DNA of 64,000 nucleotides from a virus (Duplodnaviria; Caudoviricetes): IMG/VR virus record IMGVR_UViG_3300044634_000910, positions 16,435 to 80,434 of that record; one strand, 5' to 3'. Shown piece by piece: positions 47,201 to 55,540 of this stretch (position 1 is its first letter; each line of letters starts with the position of its first letter). The notes under the pieces were generated by a model. It saw only the letters and a program-made list of their open reading frames with translations, ran no database searches and was not told where the DNA came from. The position numbers and the translations under genes were made by a program.

Positions 47201-50200
47201 TTCTTAATACCTCAATTTGTGTATCGTAGTATTTAGACAAAGAGTCTTGCTGTGCCTGTGCTAATTCTAATGATGAAACTCCTAGTGCTGCAGTAGTTGC
47301 TGCTGCTTTTTCTCCTGCTGATTCTGTAAATACTGGAGCAAAAAATTTCGCTGGATTCCACCATTGGTAATCTTGTCCAATAGCATCCTGCATACCCTTT
47401 ACAACATCTTCATTAATCTTTCCTTGTTCTCTTACTAGATTAACTCTAACATTTAGTGGGTCAGTCTTAAGGTCTTGTCCTTCTGGTCCAATTAGTTCTA
47501 AAAGGTTTCCACTAATCTGAGATGTCAATGTAGAGTTATTTAATTCTATTCCTATTTGACTTGCTACGCTGTGAGCCTGTTCTGCTGACATAACACCATC
47601 AGAAACATATGCTGCTAACTGTAAAGATATTTGCTTTGCAGATGCAATTCCTCCAGCAGTTAAATTTTTCTTAAATGATTCATATACTGTCTTGCCAACC
47701 TCAGAGGATATGAATGTTTCTCCAAATTGCTCTTTACCTCTTTCAAATCCTGCAGTAAATCTATTGCCAGTACCCTGCTGTCTTTTTCTTTTATATAACT
47801 CGCTGGCTCCAACTTTGTCTGTTATTGCTCCGACTGCAGACATTTGCTCAGTTGTTGCCGTGACTTTATCAACAAATTTTGACTGGCTTTCTGCTGCCTT
47901 CTTTGCCATTTTGTCTAATATGAATAGACCACCACCAACTGTTACAAGTGCTGTTAATGCTAATCCAAAACTAGACATACCAGCAAGCATTGGTGCCATA
48001 CCAGCAACTGCAGATGCACCCATTGCAGCCATACCCGCCCCTTGCTGTCCAGCCATCATAAGACCCATACCAGCAGTTCCAAGGGCCATAGATGCTCCAC
48101 CAGACCATCTACCAACCTTTTCTTGTCGAAGCATTCTTTGCTTCTTGCTGTCAATTGCACGATTCATCCTGTTTGCTTTATCTTGATCTTTAGATGCCTG
48201 AATAATTCTTGTTTGTCTGTCTCTTTCGATTCTGTCTAATCTAGCCTGTTGAGCAGCCTGTTGCTTTGGAAGTTGTTCTGCACGTCGTGCAGCCTTTGCT
48301 GCTGATGCACCTTCCTTTTCTTTTGACTTTATTATATTTTCGTCAGCCTTTAGTTTTCTTCTTAACGTATCCATTAATTGAGTTTCGCTCAAGTTTGGAT
48401 ATTTGGTTGCAATCTTTTTAAGTTCTTGTCTTTGATAAGGAGTTAATTTAACACTTGAATCTCCAGTAGACTTAGAACGCATCGTAAATCCACCCTTACG
48501 GGCTTGGTCTTTAGTAACTACTCTCTTTGTTTGAGTTTCTTCAACAGTTAAGTTATCACTTGTTTTCCCTGTTGATGGCGATGCGCCCATTGGTCTTGAT
48601 TGAGTATTGCCAACAGAAAGTTTATCTGCTGTTCTGTTTTCTAAATCTGCTAAGTATTCTCCTGGTTGTGCTAGAACTGAGCCTGGTCCAAGGCGATATA
48701 TAGTAGGAGTTCCTTGATAGTATCCACCGCCAAGTCTTTCTCTAAGAAGCAGAGAAACTGCCTTAGCCTGTTTTACAGAACCAAGGTCTGGGAAACCCTT
48801 TGGCTTTGCGCCGTTGTTTTCCTTTTTGTATTTTGCTAAATGTTCATCTGCACGAACTTGTGCTTCTGCTGCTGCACGAACTAGTCTTGCTTGGGCTTCA
48901 GTTACAGGGTGTGCTCCTGTTTTCATAAACTCTAAAGCCTTTTTTAATTCTGCTGTTTGTGTTGGATTAAACAACACATTGCCATTTCTAGCATCCCAAT
49001 TCAAAATCTTTGCTAGTCTTGGATTTTCAATTGGCTTCCCTGGCTTGCCTCCTGGGTTTACATAACTATTAATTAATCGCAAATCAAACTTAGCAAAACC
49101 ACTCTTCCATTTTTCTGGACCCAAGCCAGCCTCTCCAGTTTTTGAAAGATGTGACAACTCTGTTCTCAACATGGCATCAATTTGTTTTACAGTATAGCCA
49201 TCTGCAAGCATTTGAGTTCTTAATTTATTTAAAACAACATTCTTTGGATTTTGAACATTTCTTGCTTTATGATCTTTCTCTGCGGCATCTAGGGCCTTGT
49301 ACAAATCACTCTTTGGATCAATATTTGCTCTCCAGCCACCAGATTGAGTTGTTGATGTTAGGTCTTCGTGCAGTCTACCTGGAGTAAATGGTTTATTGCT
49401 AAATGTTTCTTTACCAGGTTTTGGAGCAGCACCCATTCTATACAATATCTGATTTTTTATAGCATCATAAGTTTTTGCAGAAGTTGTTGGGCTTTGGCCT
49501 TTTTCTATAGCCTTGGCCGTGTGAAATGCTCCATCTTTATAAAATAAATTTTTTTCTATAAAGTCTGAATAAACTTTAGACTCTTTAAAGTTTATGGAGC
49601 CATCTGCTTTTGGAGTAACTCCAGATTTTTCTAATAGCGCCATTGCTTTTTTATATTGTGCTGGGTTTGTATTTTTTAATTCTTTTAATGTATTTTCTAT
49701 ATCTTGATTTAATTGTTTAACAAGTTTATCAATTTGTGTTTTTGATTTATCACGCAGAGCAGCCATTTCATATAGCGATTGTTGTTTTTTAGTTTCAGAA
49801 GGCGTTGCGTCTGAATTAACACCCTTTTTTGCTTTTATAACATCCTGTCCAGCACGAGCATGGATTGGCTGGAATTCATCCCATTCTACTTTTGCGCCAG
49901 CCTTAAGTCTTTCAAGCATATTGTTATAAACAATTTTTTCCTCTGGAAGTAAGTCACGATCCCAAGACTTAATAACTTTTTCCACTATAGGAATGCTTCT
50001 ATTAATCTCTCCCTTAATTTCATCGTCATATTGCTTTGGGGTCATCTTTGCTGCGATTGGTGCTGTTGCTAGTGCAAAATCTTTTCTTGCTCCACCCTTA
50101 ACACCAAGGAGATTAACCATTGCCTGCTCTCTAAAACTTGGCATATTTTCAGCGTAGTCTCTAAAACCAGATGCTCTATCAAATACTCCAGCATTGCTTA

Positions 50201-53063
50201 CATCTGGTACCCTATTTCCAGATACATTTGATTTTTGTAAATCTTTGTCTCCACGCAGTAATGATCCAACTAACTGCTTAACCATGTCAGTCTTTCTAAA
50301 TTTTCCATCCATGTTTGCAAATCTTGGATCGTAAGGAGACTCAAGTACAATAAATTTTCTTTGTCCTGTAGGATCTGTTGGGTCTATCATTGTTCTAATA
50401 GTTTGTTTTGGAACTACCATTCCTCTAGCAGCCTCTATCTCAGCCATGCGAACTTCTGCTAATGCAGTCTTCTCATCTATTGTTGGCTTTACTACTACGA
50501 TCTTGCCGTTAGGCTTTCTGTATACCCCGCCAATTCCACGCTCAGGAAAACTATAACCCTTAAAGCCTTGAAGTTTTGTTCCAAAGTTTGACGCTGGCAT
50601 GGTGCCAAATCTTCCAAGACTGGCCTGCTCTGATATCTTGTCTAGTATTTGTCTAGACTGTGATGCCTTGTCTGCACTAACTGGCATTCCAACAAATACT
50701 GGACCCTTGGGTGCTTCTGGATGAGGTTCATTCCATCCTTGTCTTGCATCGTTTTGTCTTCTATACTTTGCTTGCTGTGCTTTTCTAACTGCTGCGGGTC
50801 CATCAGATAGGGGTATTCCTCTGCCTGGTCCGCCAGGAAGTCTTCCAGCCATAAATCCTGGAACCTTGTCTTTAAACATTGCACTTATAAGACCTCTATA
50901 TTTGTTTGTTGTATCTGTAGGAATAACTGCTTCTCCTGGAGAAAGCATTGCTGGAACAACATCTCCTGCACCCTTTGGACCTGGAACGCTTAAAATACCT
51001 TCTTTGTACTTTTTAACTGGTGGCAAACCTCTTACTGCACGGGCTGCACCTGGTGCTCCACCTGCAAATAATGATGGGTTGGCAGTAGCCATTGCTCTCA
51101 TCTGTGTGCTTAGTGAGTTATAAGATGAGGCAAGAGCATTTACAGATGCTTTTTCAACATTGAAAACTTCTATCAATCTTGTGTGTGTCTGGTGAAGTTG
51201 TTGAGACGATGCAGCATTTTCAATCTGCTCTTGTGTCATATAGTTGAATCCTGCACCCATAACACTTGTTTGTCCGTTTAACTTGGCAATTCCTCCACGA
51301 AGCAGTGCAAACAATTTAATAACATTTGCAACACCATTCATAAGAAGACCAAATGTCATAAGCAGGATTGGTCCAAGCCCTGCAACTGCTGCAACAATTA
51401 TTGCAATAACCTTTTTTGTATTATCTCCAAGACCATTAAACTTTTCAAGTAGCCCTGAGAAAAACTTAACTACTGGAGTCAAGGCCTCTAGGAATGCTTT
51501 TCCTAATGGCATTATTTCTTTTTTAATGTTTTCTAATGCTGCTTGAAACTTAACACCAGTTGAATCTTCTATCTTCTTCATTTCTCTTTCGGATAGAATT
51601 GCTAATTCTTCTACTGATGCACCTGCTAACTTAAATGCTCTTGATGCTTGAGATCCGTCTTTTGTTACATTCTGAAACAGTGTTGACAAACGTGCAAACT
51701 GAAACTTACCAAACAACTGTTCAATTGCTCTTGCACGATTTAGTGGATCAAGTTCGTCTAACGCTCTAGCAAATCCAACTACGGTTCCCTTGATGTCTCC
51801 CTTGTTTGCCTCAACAAGTCCCTTTATGTTGATGCCTAATTTACCAAGAAACTTTGCTGATTTTTCAGATGGATTAATTAATGAAGCAAGACCAGACTTT
51901 AATGCGTTAGCACCTTCTGAGGCATTAATTCCACCTTCTTTCATAGCAGTTAAGAAGAAGGCCAAATCTTCTACATTTCCACCAAGTTGCTTTACAACTG
52001 GTGCTGCTTTAGGAATTGCAATCGTCAAGTCTTCAATAGATAGTAGTGTCTGGTTTTCTACTGCGTTAAGGAAATCAATCTTCTTTGCAAGTTCATCGCT
52101 AGAGATTCCAAATGCGCTTTGCAAAGATATTGTTGTTTCAAGTGCCTGCTGCTGTTCTATCTGACCAAGAACTGCTAACTTTGTTGCTGTTTGAACTTGT
52201 GCAGATAAGGCATCCCCTTGAAAACCTGCTGCTGCTGCAGTTGCAGCCATCTCCATAGTTTTTGTAACAGAGACTCCATACTTTACATATTCGCTTCCTA
52301 ATTTTTTTATATTTTGGACTGCTGCTTCAACTTCTGCGTCATTTGTAAAAGCATCTCCATAGACACGACGAAACTTTATAACCTCTGCATCTAGTTCTCT
52401 GAACGCTTTCGCTGCTGCAGCGCCGAACAAAGCAAGTGGCATTGTAAGACCAACCATTAACTGGCGACCTGCCCATTGAGTATTCTTACCGAAGTTTAGA
52501 AGTTGGGTTGAGCCTTGCTTTAATAATTGATTAAGAAACTGCTGTCTTTGTGCAGCGTATTGTATTCTTGTTCCAAGTTCTGTAAACTTTCCATTAGCCA
52601 TCTGCAGGCTTTTTGGCATAACTCGAATTGCATCCATAAATCCAGCATTGGACTTGTTCATCTGGATGTATTGTGCTTGTAGGGCCTTTACTCTATCTCT
52701 TCGAGCACGGTTAATAATTTCTCTTTCTGCTGCAAAAGCCCTGCCAAGAACACGAGTATTGGCAGTTGCTGCTGCCATTGTGTATCTGTAGTACTCACGA
52801 AGAGATAGTTTATTTTTTTCTAATGCGGATGTAAAAGCAAGTGTGCTGCCTGCAACTTTAACTTGACTTGCAGAAAAATGTCCTGTGGCTCCAACAGACT
52901 GAATAAGTTGTGCGTTTAAACCTTTTTGAGCATTTGCAGCAGCCAGGTTGCCCTCAGCAAGTGATTGATGAAACTTACTGAGGCCTGCCTGTAGTTGACG
53001 AAGTTGTGCGAGAGCGGCAGTTGTATTAAAATTAATATTTATATTAGAGTTTACATCTGCCAA
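41220..53063 (-). CDS. Tape measure protein with inserted enzyme-like domains
   Basis: 3947 aa; TP901-type core (KAAPVVKQLGG...EGANALKSGL), long coiled coils; follows the chaperones and major tail protein. Confidence 0.92.
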   Translation of the reverse strand: MADVNSNININFNTTAALAQLRQLQAGLSKFHQSLAEGNLAAANAQKGLNAQLIQSVGATGHFSASQVKVAGSTLAFTSALEKNKLSLREYYRYTMAAATANTRVLGRAFAAEREIINRARRDRVKALQAQYIQMNKSNAGFMDAIRVMPKSLQMANGKFTELGTRIQYAAQRQQFLNQLLKQGSTQLLNFGKNTQWAGRQLMVGLTMPLALFGAAAAKAFRELDAEVIKFRRVYGDAFTNDAEVEAAVQNIKKLGSEYVKYGVSVTKTMEMAATAAAAGFQGDALSAQVQTATKLAVLGQIEQQQALETTISLQSAFGISSDELAKKIDFLNAVENQTLLSIEDLTIAIPKAAPVVKQLGGNVEDLAFFLTAMKEGGINASEGANALKSGLASLINPSEKSAKFLGKLGINIKGLVEANKGDIKGTVVGFARALDELDPLNRARAIEQLFGKFQFARLSTLFQNVTKDGSQASRAFKLAGASVEELAILSEREMKKIEDSTGVKFQAALENIKKEIMPLGKAFLEALTPVVKFFSGLLEKFNGLGDNTKKVIAIIVAAVAGLGPILLMTFGLLMNGVANVIKLFALLRGGIAKLNGQTSVMGAGFNYMTQEQIENAASSQQLHQTHTRLIEVFNVEKASVNALASSYNSLSTQMRAMATANPSLFAGGAPGAARAVRGLPPVKKYKEGILSVPGPKGAGDVVPAMLSPGEAVIPTDTTNKYRGLISAMFKDKVPGFMAGRLPGGPGRGIPLSDGPAAVRKAQQAKYRRQNDARQGWNEPHPEAPKGPVFVGMPVSADKASQSRQILDKISEQASLGRFGTMPASNFGTKLQGFKGYSFPERGIGGVYRKPNGKIVVVKPTIDEKTALAEVRMAEIEAARGMVVPKQTIRTMIDPTDPTGQRKFIVLESPYDPRFANMDGKFRKTDMVKQLVGSLLRGDKDLQKSNVSGNRVPDVSNAGVFDRASGFRDYAENMPSFREQAMVNLLGVKGGARKDFALATAPIAAKMTPKQYDDEIKGEINRSIPIVEKVIKSWDRDLLPEEKIVYNNMLERLKAGAKVEWDEFQPIHARAGQDVIKAKKGVNSDATPSETKKQQSLYEMAALRDKSKTQIDKLVKQLNQDIENTLKELKNTNPAQYKKAMALLEKSGVTPKADGSINFKESKVYSDFIEKNLFYKDGAFHTAKAIEKGQSPTTSAKTYDAIKNQILYRMGAAPKPGKETFSNKPFTPGRLHEDLTSTTQSGGWRANIDPKSDLYKALDAAEKDHKARNVQNPKNVVLNKLRTQMLADGYTVKQIDAMLRTELSHLSKTGEAGLGPEKWKSGFAKFDLRLINSYVNPGGKPGKPIENPRLAKILNWDARNGNVLFNPTQTAELKKALEFMKTGAHPVTEAQARLVRAAAEAQVRADEHLAKYKKENNGAKPKGFPDLGSVKQAKAVSLLLRERLGGGYYQGTPTIYRLGPGSVLAQPGEYLADLENRTADKLSVGNTQSRPMGASPSTGKTSDNLTVEETQTKRVVTKDQARKGGFTMRSKSTGDSSVKLTPYQRQELKKIATKYPNLSETQLMDTLRRKLKADENIIKSKEKEGASAAKAARRAEQLPKQQAAQQARLDRIERDRQTRIIQASKDQDKANRMNRAIDSKKQRMLRQEKVGRWSGGASMALGTAGMGLMMAGQQGAGMAAMGASAVAGMAPMLAGMSSFGLALTALVTVGGGLFILDKMAKKAAESQSKFVDKVTATTEQMSAVGAITDKVGASELYKRKRQQGTGNRFTAGFERGKEQFGETFISSEVGKTVYESFKKNLTAGGIASAKQISLQLAAYVSDGVMSAEQAHSVASQIGIELNNSTLTSQISGNLLELIGPEGQDLKTDPLNVRVNLVREQGKINEDVVKGMQDAIGQDYQWWNPAKFFAPVFTESAGEKAAATTAALGVSSLELAQAQQDSLSKYYDTQIEVLRKQKEITSDKAKQKKIDDEIAALEGKKKDGLSSLRNESKKLLNDQVANYKKVKNIGLSGDDYYSKAFMNSVDTQVRTKFEGDPYADVFLGSAKNNLKSEELEVKIKTFVAYEGATPEVGTSLISMFGKGEKNEAQLDAALDLLITQDSAETIELVNALSILESESDAKRIFIKIIEKDPAERSDLIDAIGLVQKLQGKEINIDAFFSSKDENGNSIDPMAKLEALTKSLKAIDDVKGPITKQVLIETKEIGGVSLDGLIPIFDRWKNQPQEVIRTVIAQYIAIHKTITDGDISAARARDMAKAVSQGIPSHAASLIANSPTDKAYRDKIAGDTVMQMTDQEIASKAANDLLDDDSGGSKKADPFQFILERLKNVRNAAINAAGGIKELNKALAEGNSKSVQNKFRGIEQQMNAQGRNRQFIDFAMSQDPTEQKKYFTTAGSKIKTGKNKGRILNPYDSKKLLPKTAKSGDVVLSELGELYNKAFDAAVVGEFNSYASKSILLLNEQEAVRRKLVAAGYDAVSIENILQDEYTTAAIATGKITDEELKTNVELSKQLTNRQKINNLIAKGSEALNQQKNIKQIPDVIKFLGSQGVSSKALKDIIGDPESLAEAIAAMEDYKSGAAGAADRLKDIVAGLKAIQANSNIKIALEFAVKNVADQIRDGADAATKVMDSKRTVYSYLNRSQLESATSAYRDPNKAPQQVGKIATANVAARYKAAGVAIPTIPAGASLNSIGKERASLGKTIDIASSNLQSIQRSRSEIQDKIANAQNDLEKALDAVNNSFDQTIKGIEDVIKKYENNIKSIEKSIKAKEDEIKTKFIDKIEAFNKENQMLNNDLAIMDKAAEDINEKYDKQVEALQQVNDLNKQIIDSQGQQLGLADALSQGDIAAAARVAQEMRAASANSQADMIMQGLELSRTNELGSLTGAESKMTRDEISERQFVISQEIYRLETDPARLAIEKEIEALNLSILRIQESITLEQEKIEAQEVLRAAALKAAEAAHIAAVANLKAQEASLLEQEKTQAEILRKLEAQDLELASQEAYLQSIADEAVAIDETTGMTLEKWQETVDKITAVDELAKSYAIALAAAETSAANTSTSWSTILDTINKIPKSVETDQIINEIRNITEYITRYVTTVNLGGSGGNDGKTGSDKAAKDAADKAAKDAADKAAKDAADKAAKAAADGALKLLKDAEAKADAESAADAWLGSFGNWGGLSSGGVVPKYFADGGFTPKGTDTVPAMLTPGEFVVRKSAVDQYGEGFLNDINVQRFSTGGTVSAPHGLGMSSMGSAKPKAKEEEKRATSLFDKKIWEKTANFFALPSIAKTALDIAKYGGIPQMFAAKLAGQPMKSDIKDNLNAALAVAPFPGLKAVKPIINKIGNVIPKRIKESLGKNGIDIFSKVASKANDAPAPTTSLVEEKLTIPTASTGKGEWDSTEWGKYDDWVPGPLPLKSRIASALYGNGGPIGRALESAFLAPGRFASNLQIPLQSAWKYGGKDTNINESFLSTKLGSTLASKAVPYVSDLGKKINPRRLHETDIQDLSYLQKSMFDESKKYSNASYSNMFKNIGKDMMDPVKVTLGKLKEAIVAPIAKRLADTNFGRNISLARLTREVGGDDAEAFVKHYKTQAIIDSIPGGLGALITMKRGVHRHGKPIDDLPSPLERYLKSKTDPTATPVNAFGPGLYSATSPLMSKEHFGQFGSYQYGIDLEPRAIAKVLSSKGFIDPEGLKKFKEAYVKKTGIQPRDMSSINADITDPFMQELLKAGYIGYRHGDAYTNWGVGNIPGMNLKVVDAPDLQAVVKDGRVVMVPRTDIPAIVEPNLKETSKIGTSKSAVATMLGTVAGITGLSLYGASKAIASIPSLGSTSQVSSDDKVLSGGFGSGGGGGMASMMMLSKGGLVPSYFAKGGYASGTDTIPAMLTPGEFVMSKYAVQSHGADTMRAINNGSSVGDSVYNYSISVNVKSDANPDEIARVVMTQIKGIDSQKLRGNRL
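43663..43747 (-). repeat. Perfect 24-nt tandem repeat x3.5 (KDAADKAA) in the tape measure gene
   Basis: gccgctttgtctgctgcatctttt repeated exactly. Confidence 0.9.
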
Positions 53064-53085
53064 TTCTCAAACACCTCTTTTTATT

Positions 53086-53412
53086 TTATTTTGTCAACGA
53101 AGTTAGTACTGCGCTTGTGTCGTTGTTCTGAACACCTGATGCTGCATCAATAATTTCGTAAACTGTAGGAAGATCTAGAAGTTCTTCTAGTGCTGCCTTA
53201 TCTTCTGCCAATTCTGGCTTGAATTGTTTCATTGCAATTTGTGCACATTCAATAAGGATATCCATAGACTTATCGTTGTCTTCGGAAACTCCTGAAAGCA
53301 ATGCAAACTTAGCCATAAATGGTCTAAGTAAAGATAACTTAAGTGGTCTTACTTCAATTTCTGTTCCGTCTATTAGTTTGACGCTTCTATTTTTTAAAGG
53401 CTTGTCAGCCAT
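53086..53412 (-). CDS. Tail assembly chaperone (short paralog)
   Basis: Immediately upstream of the tape measure; LIDGTEIEVRPLK...LDLPTVYEII. Confidence 0.7.
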   Translation of the reverse strand: MADKPLKNRSVKLIDGTEIEVRPLKLSLLRPFMAKFALLSGVSEDNDKSMDILIECAQIAMKQFKPELAEDKAALEELLDLPTVYEIIDAASGVQNNDTSAVLTSLTK

Positions 53413-53441
53413 AGTTTTCCTCCTTGTAGGTTAACAATTAA

Positions 53442-54146
53442 TTATACCACGTTGGACGGTGTAGATTCGTCTAATTTTTCATAGGTTAAGCCCATACCAA
53501 TTCCAAAACCTGCTTTTTGTGCATTAATTCCTTGAAGTGCAACAATATCTTTAGAGTCTGCTGCCTGGCCACCACTGAATACCCTTGCCTTCATTTCTTC
53601 CCATGCGTTTCCTTTGCCACTGGCTTTGTCTAAATCAACACCTTGCATGGCAGCAAGAAATTTCTTTTGAGAATAGTCAAGATCTCTTTTTGCTTTTAGT
53701 GTTGCTACAATCTCTGGCATGGACATAGATGATTCTAACTCGTCATAGTCTTTCCATATTCCGAGCAAAAAAACCTCAGATTCCAACTCTGCTAAATCTA
53801 ACTCATCCCAGGTTGACCCACTTTCTGTTGCTTGAGTCTTTACTGGTTCTTCAGACTTTTCATTTATCTTTATACCTGCCGAAAAATCTAATAGTTTATA
53901 AATTGTTGGCATATCGATATTATCTTCTAATTCTTCTTGTGTCTTTATGCTTGGATAATACTGCCTCATTGTAATTGTTGCACACTTAGACAAATAATGA
54001 ATTGCCTCGTCATCTCCATTTGATTTTTTTACATTCTCAAATTCTTCTAAAAATAACTTTAAGTATTTTATCTTTAATGGAGTAATATATAGTTCTGTTC
54101 CATCAAAAAGTTCAATGGTTGAGGTTTTGTATATTTCTGTAGGCAT
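53442..54146 (-). CDS. Tail assembly chaperone (long paralog)
   Basis: LFDGTELYITPLK...IDMPTIYKLL plus C-terminal extension; leaderless start after TGGTATACT. Confidence 0.7.
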   Translation of the reverse strand: MPTEIYKTSTIELFDGTELYITPLKIKYLKLFLEEFENVKKSNGDDEAIHYLSKCATITMRQYYPSIKTQEELEDNIDMPTIYKLLDFSAGIKINEKSEEPVKTQATESGSTWDELDLAELESEVFLLGIWKDYDELESSMSMPEIVATLKAKRDLDYSQKKFLAAMQGVDLDKASGKGNAWEEMKARVFSGGQAADSKDIVALQGINAQKAGFGIGMGLTYEKLDESTPSNVV

Positions 54147-54160
54147 TATATAAGTATACC

Positions 54161-54197
54161 AAACAGAAAGGCCCAACCCCGAAGGATTGAGCCTCTC
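54161..54197 (-). terminator. Intrinsic terminator after the major tail gene
   Basis: AGGCTCAATCC-TTCG-GGGTTGGGCCT followed by TTCTGTTT. Confidence 0.8.
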
Positions 54198-54212
54198 GTA
54201 TATTAAGTTGTA

Positions 54213-54836
54213 TTATGCTGCTGGGATAGTGCGGTCTACGATCTTACCGTATGACGCATCATCATTTGGAAGAAGACGGAATGATACTTCGAACATTGTC
54301 GCTTCATCTCTCTTTGCAGATACTGTTACGCTCTCGATTGAGAGTGCACGGTATGCTACGTAAACTCTTTCGAGTTCGTCTCCAATTGCACAATCTCCAG
54401 TTCCTGGACCAACTGCAACCAAACCACGTTCGACTGGGCATTCGCCGATGTCTCCTGCTGAAAGATTAAGTGTTGGGTTTCCTGATACTGTTGATAGATC
54501 TCCATCCTTGCCTGCTAGTGCAAACAATAGGTTCTCTAGTGTTGATTCTGCGAATGTAGTATTTAGGTTTACCTGCATGCCTTGCTTGAACAACTTAGCA
54601 ACGTCAAGTACCTGGTCTACTGCTACTTCACCGAAATCTGGCTGGAATTGAATTTCCAAACCATTCATTGTGTAACCAACATTGCGGAAGTCTGTATCAT
54701 TTGAGAGAGTCTCTCTGTATGATGTTCCTGCTACATATGCTGGAAGTCCTGCGTCTGTGAGTACGCCGTCTTCATGTGTGAAGAGGGCTGCTGCTCCAAC
54801 AATAATATTGTTGCTGCTACCACGTGTATATGCCAT
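54213..54836 (-). CDS. Major tail (tube) protein
   Basis: NIIVGAA, VGYTMNGL..F.PD, TTFAESTLENL; position. Confidence 0.85.
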   Translation of the reverse strand: MAYTRGSSNNIIVGAAALFTHEDGVLTDAGLPAYVAGTSYRETLSNDTDFRNVGYTMNGLEIQFQPDFGEVAVDQVLDVAKLFKQGMQVNLNTTFAESTLENLLFALAGKDGDLSTVSGNPTLNLSAGDIGECPVERGLVAVGPGTGDCAIGDELERVYVAYRALSIESVTVSAKRDEATMFEVSFRLLPNDDASYGKIVDRTIPAA

Positions 54837-54904
54837 ATTTTTCACCTCTTTTTTTTCTTTTGGATTAAAAGGGCTTGTTTCCTCAAGTTAATTATAACAC
54901 CCTT

Positions 54905-55540
54905 TTAAGGAAGGATTCCTGCGTCAGTAATAGTATCCTTATTATATCTTGGTCTATCTGCAGTTGAGCCTTCTGACTCTTCATACTTATTTGATACCTG
55001 GTGATACTCAAAGTCTATAATTATTTTGTTTCCGCCATATGTCCTGGCTGTTCCGAAATCTATTATATCTCTGACTTCTTCTAATTGATATACCTTAAAC
55101 TTATGGAAAAAGAATTTACAGTCCATTCCATCTATCTGGCCTTTGGCCTTTGCCCACTTGTTAATTTCTTCTGCAGTCTCGTCTTCACGATCCATTAGGC
55201 GAAGAACCTTCTCCTGAACCTGAACCATTTTTTCAGTAACATCACTTTCTGTTGCATAAAAATAATATAAAAGTTGCTCTTGTTTTATGTGTGGAAATGG
55301 CGATCTACGCATACGAACAAGCCTATCCCATGTAGCCATAACTCCAGCATAGGCAAGTCTTTGTGGCTCAATCGTACTTTCTGGAGTAATTATAATCCAA
55401 CTCTCTGTCAACTCATCGATTGATGCTGGTCGTGATGGGAAAAATGGAACTCCAATTCCTGTATCGAGTCCTATTTTTTCTTTTAGATATTCATTTATCC
55501 ATAGTACTGGTGTATTAAATACTGATGTTGATTCTGCCAT
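54905..55540 (-). CDS. Putative tail terminator/completion protein
   Basis: Position directly upstream of the major tail gene. Confidence 0.5.
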   Translation of the reverse strand: MAESTSVFNTPVLWINEYLKEKIGLDTGIGVPFFPSRPASIDELTESWIIITPESTIEPQRLAYAGVMATWDRLVRMRRSPFPHIKQEQLLYYFYATESDVTEKMVQVQEKVLRLMDREDETAEEINKWAKAKGQIDGMDCKFFFHKFKVYQLEEVRDIIDFGTARTYGGNKIIIDFEYHQVSNKYEESEGSTADRPRYNKDTITDAGILP

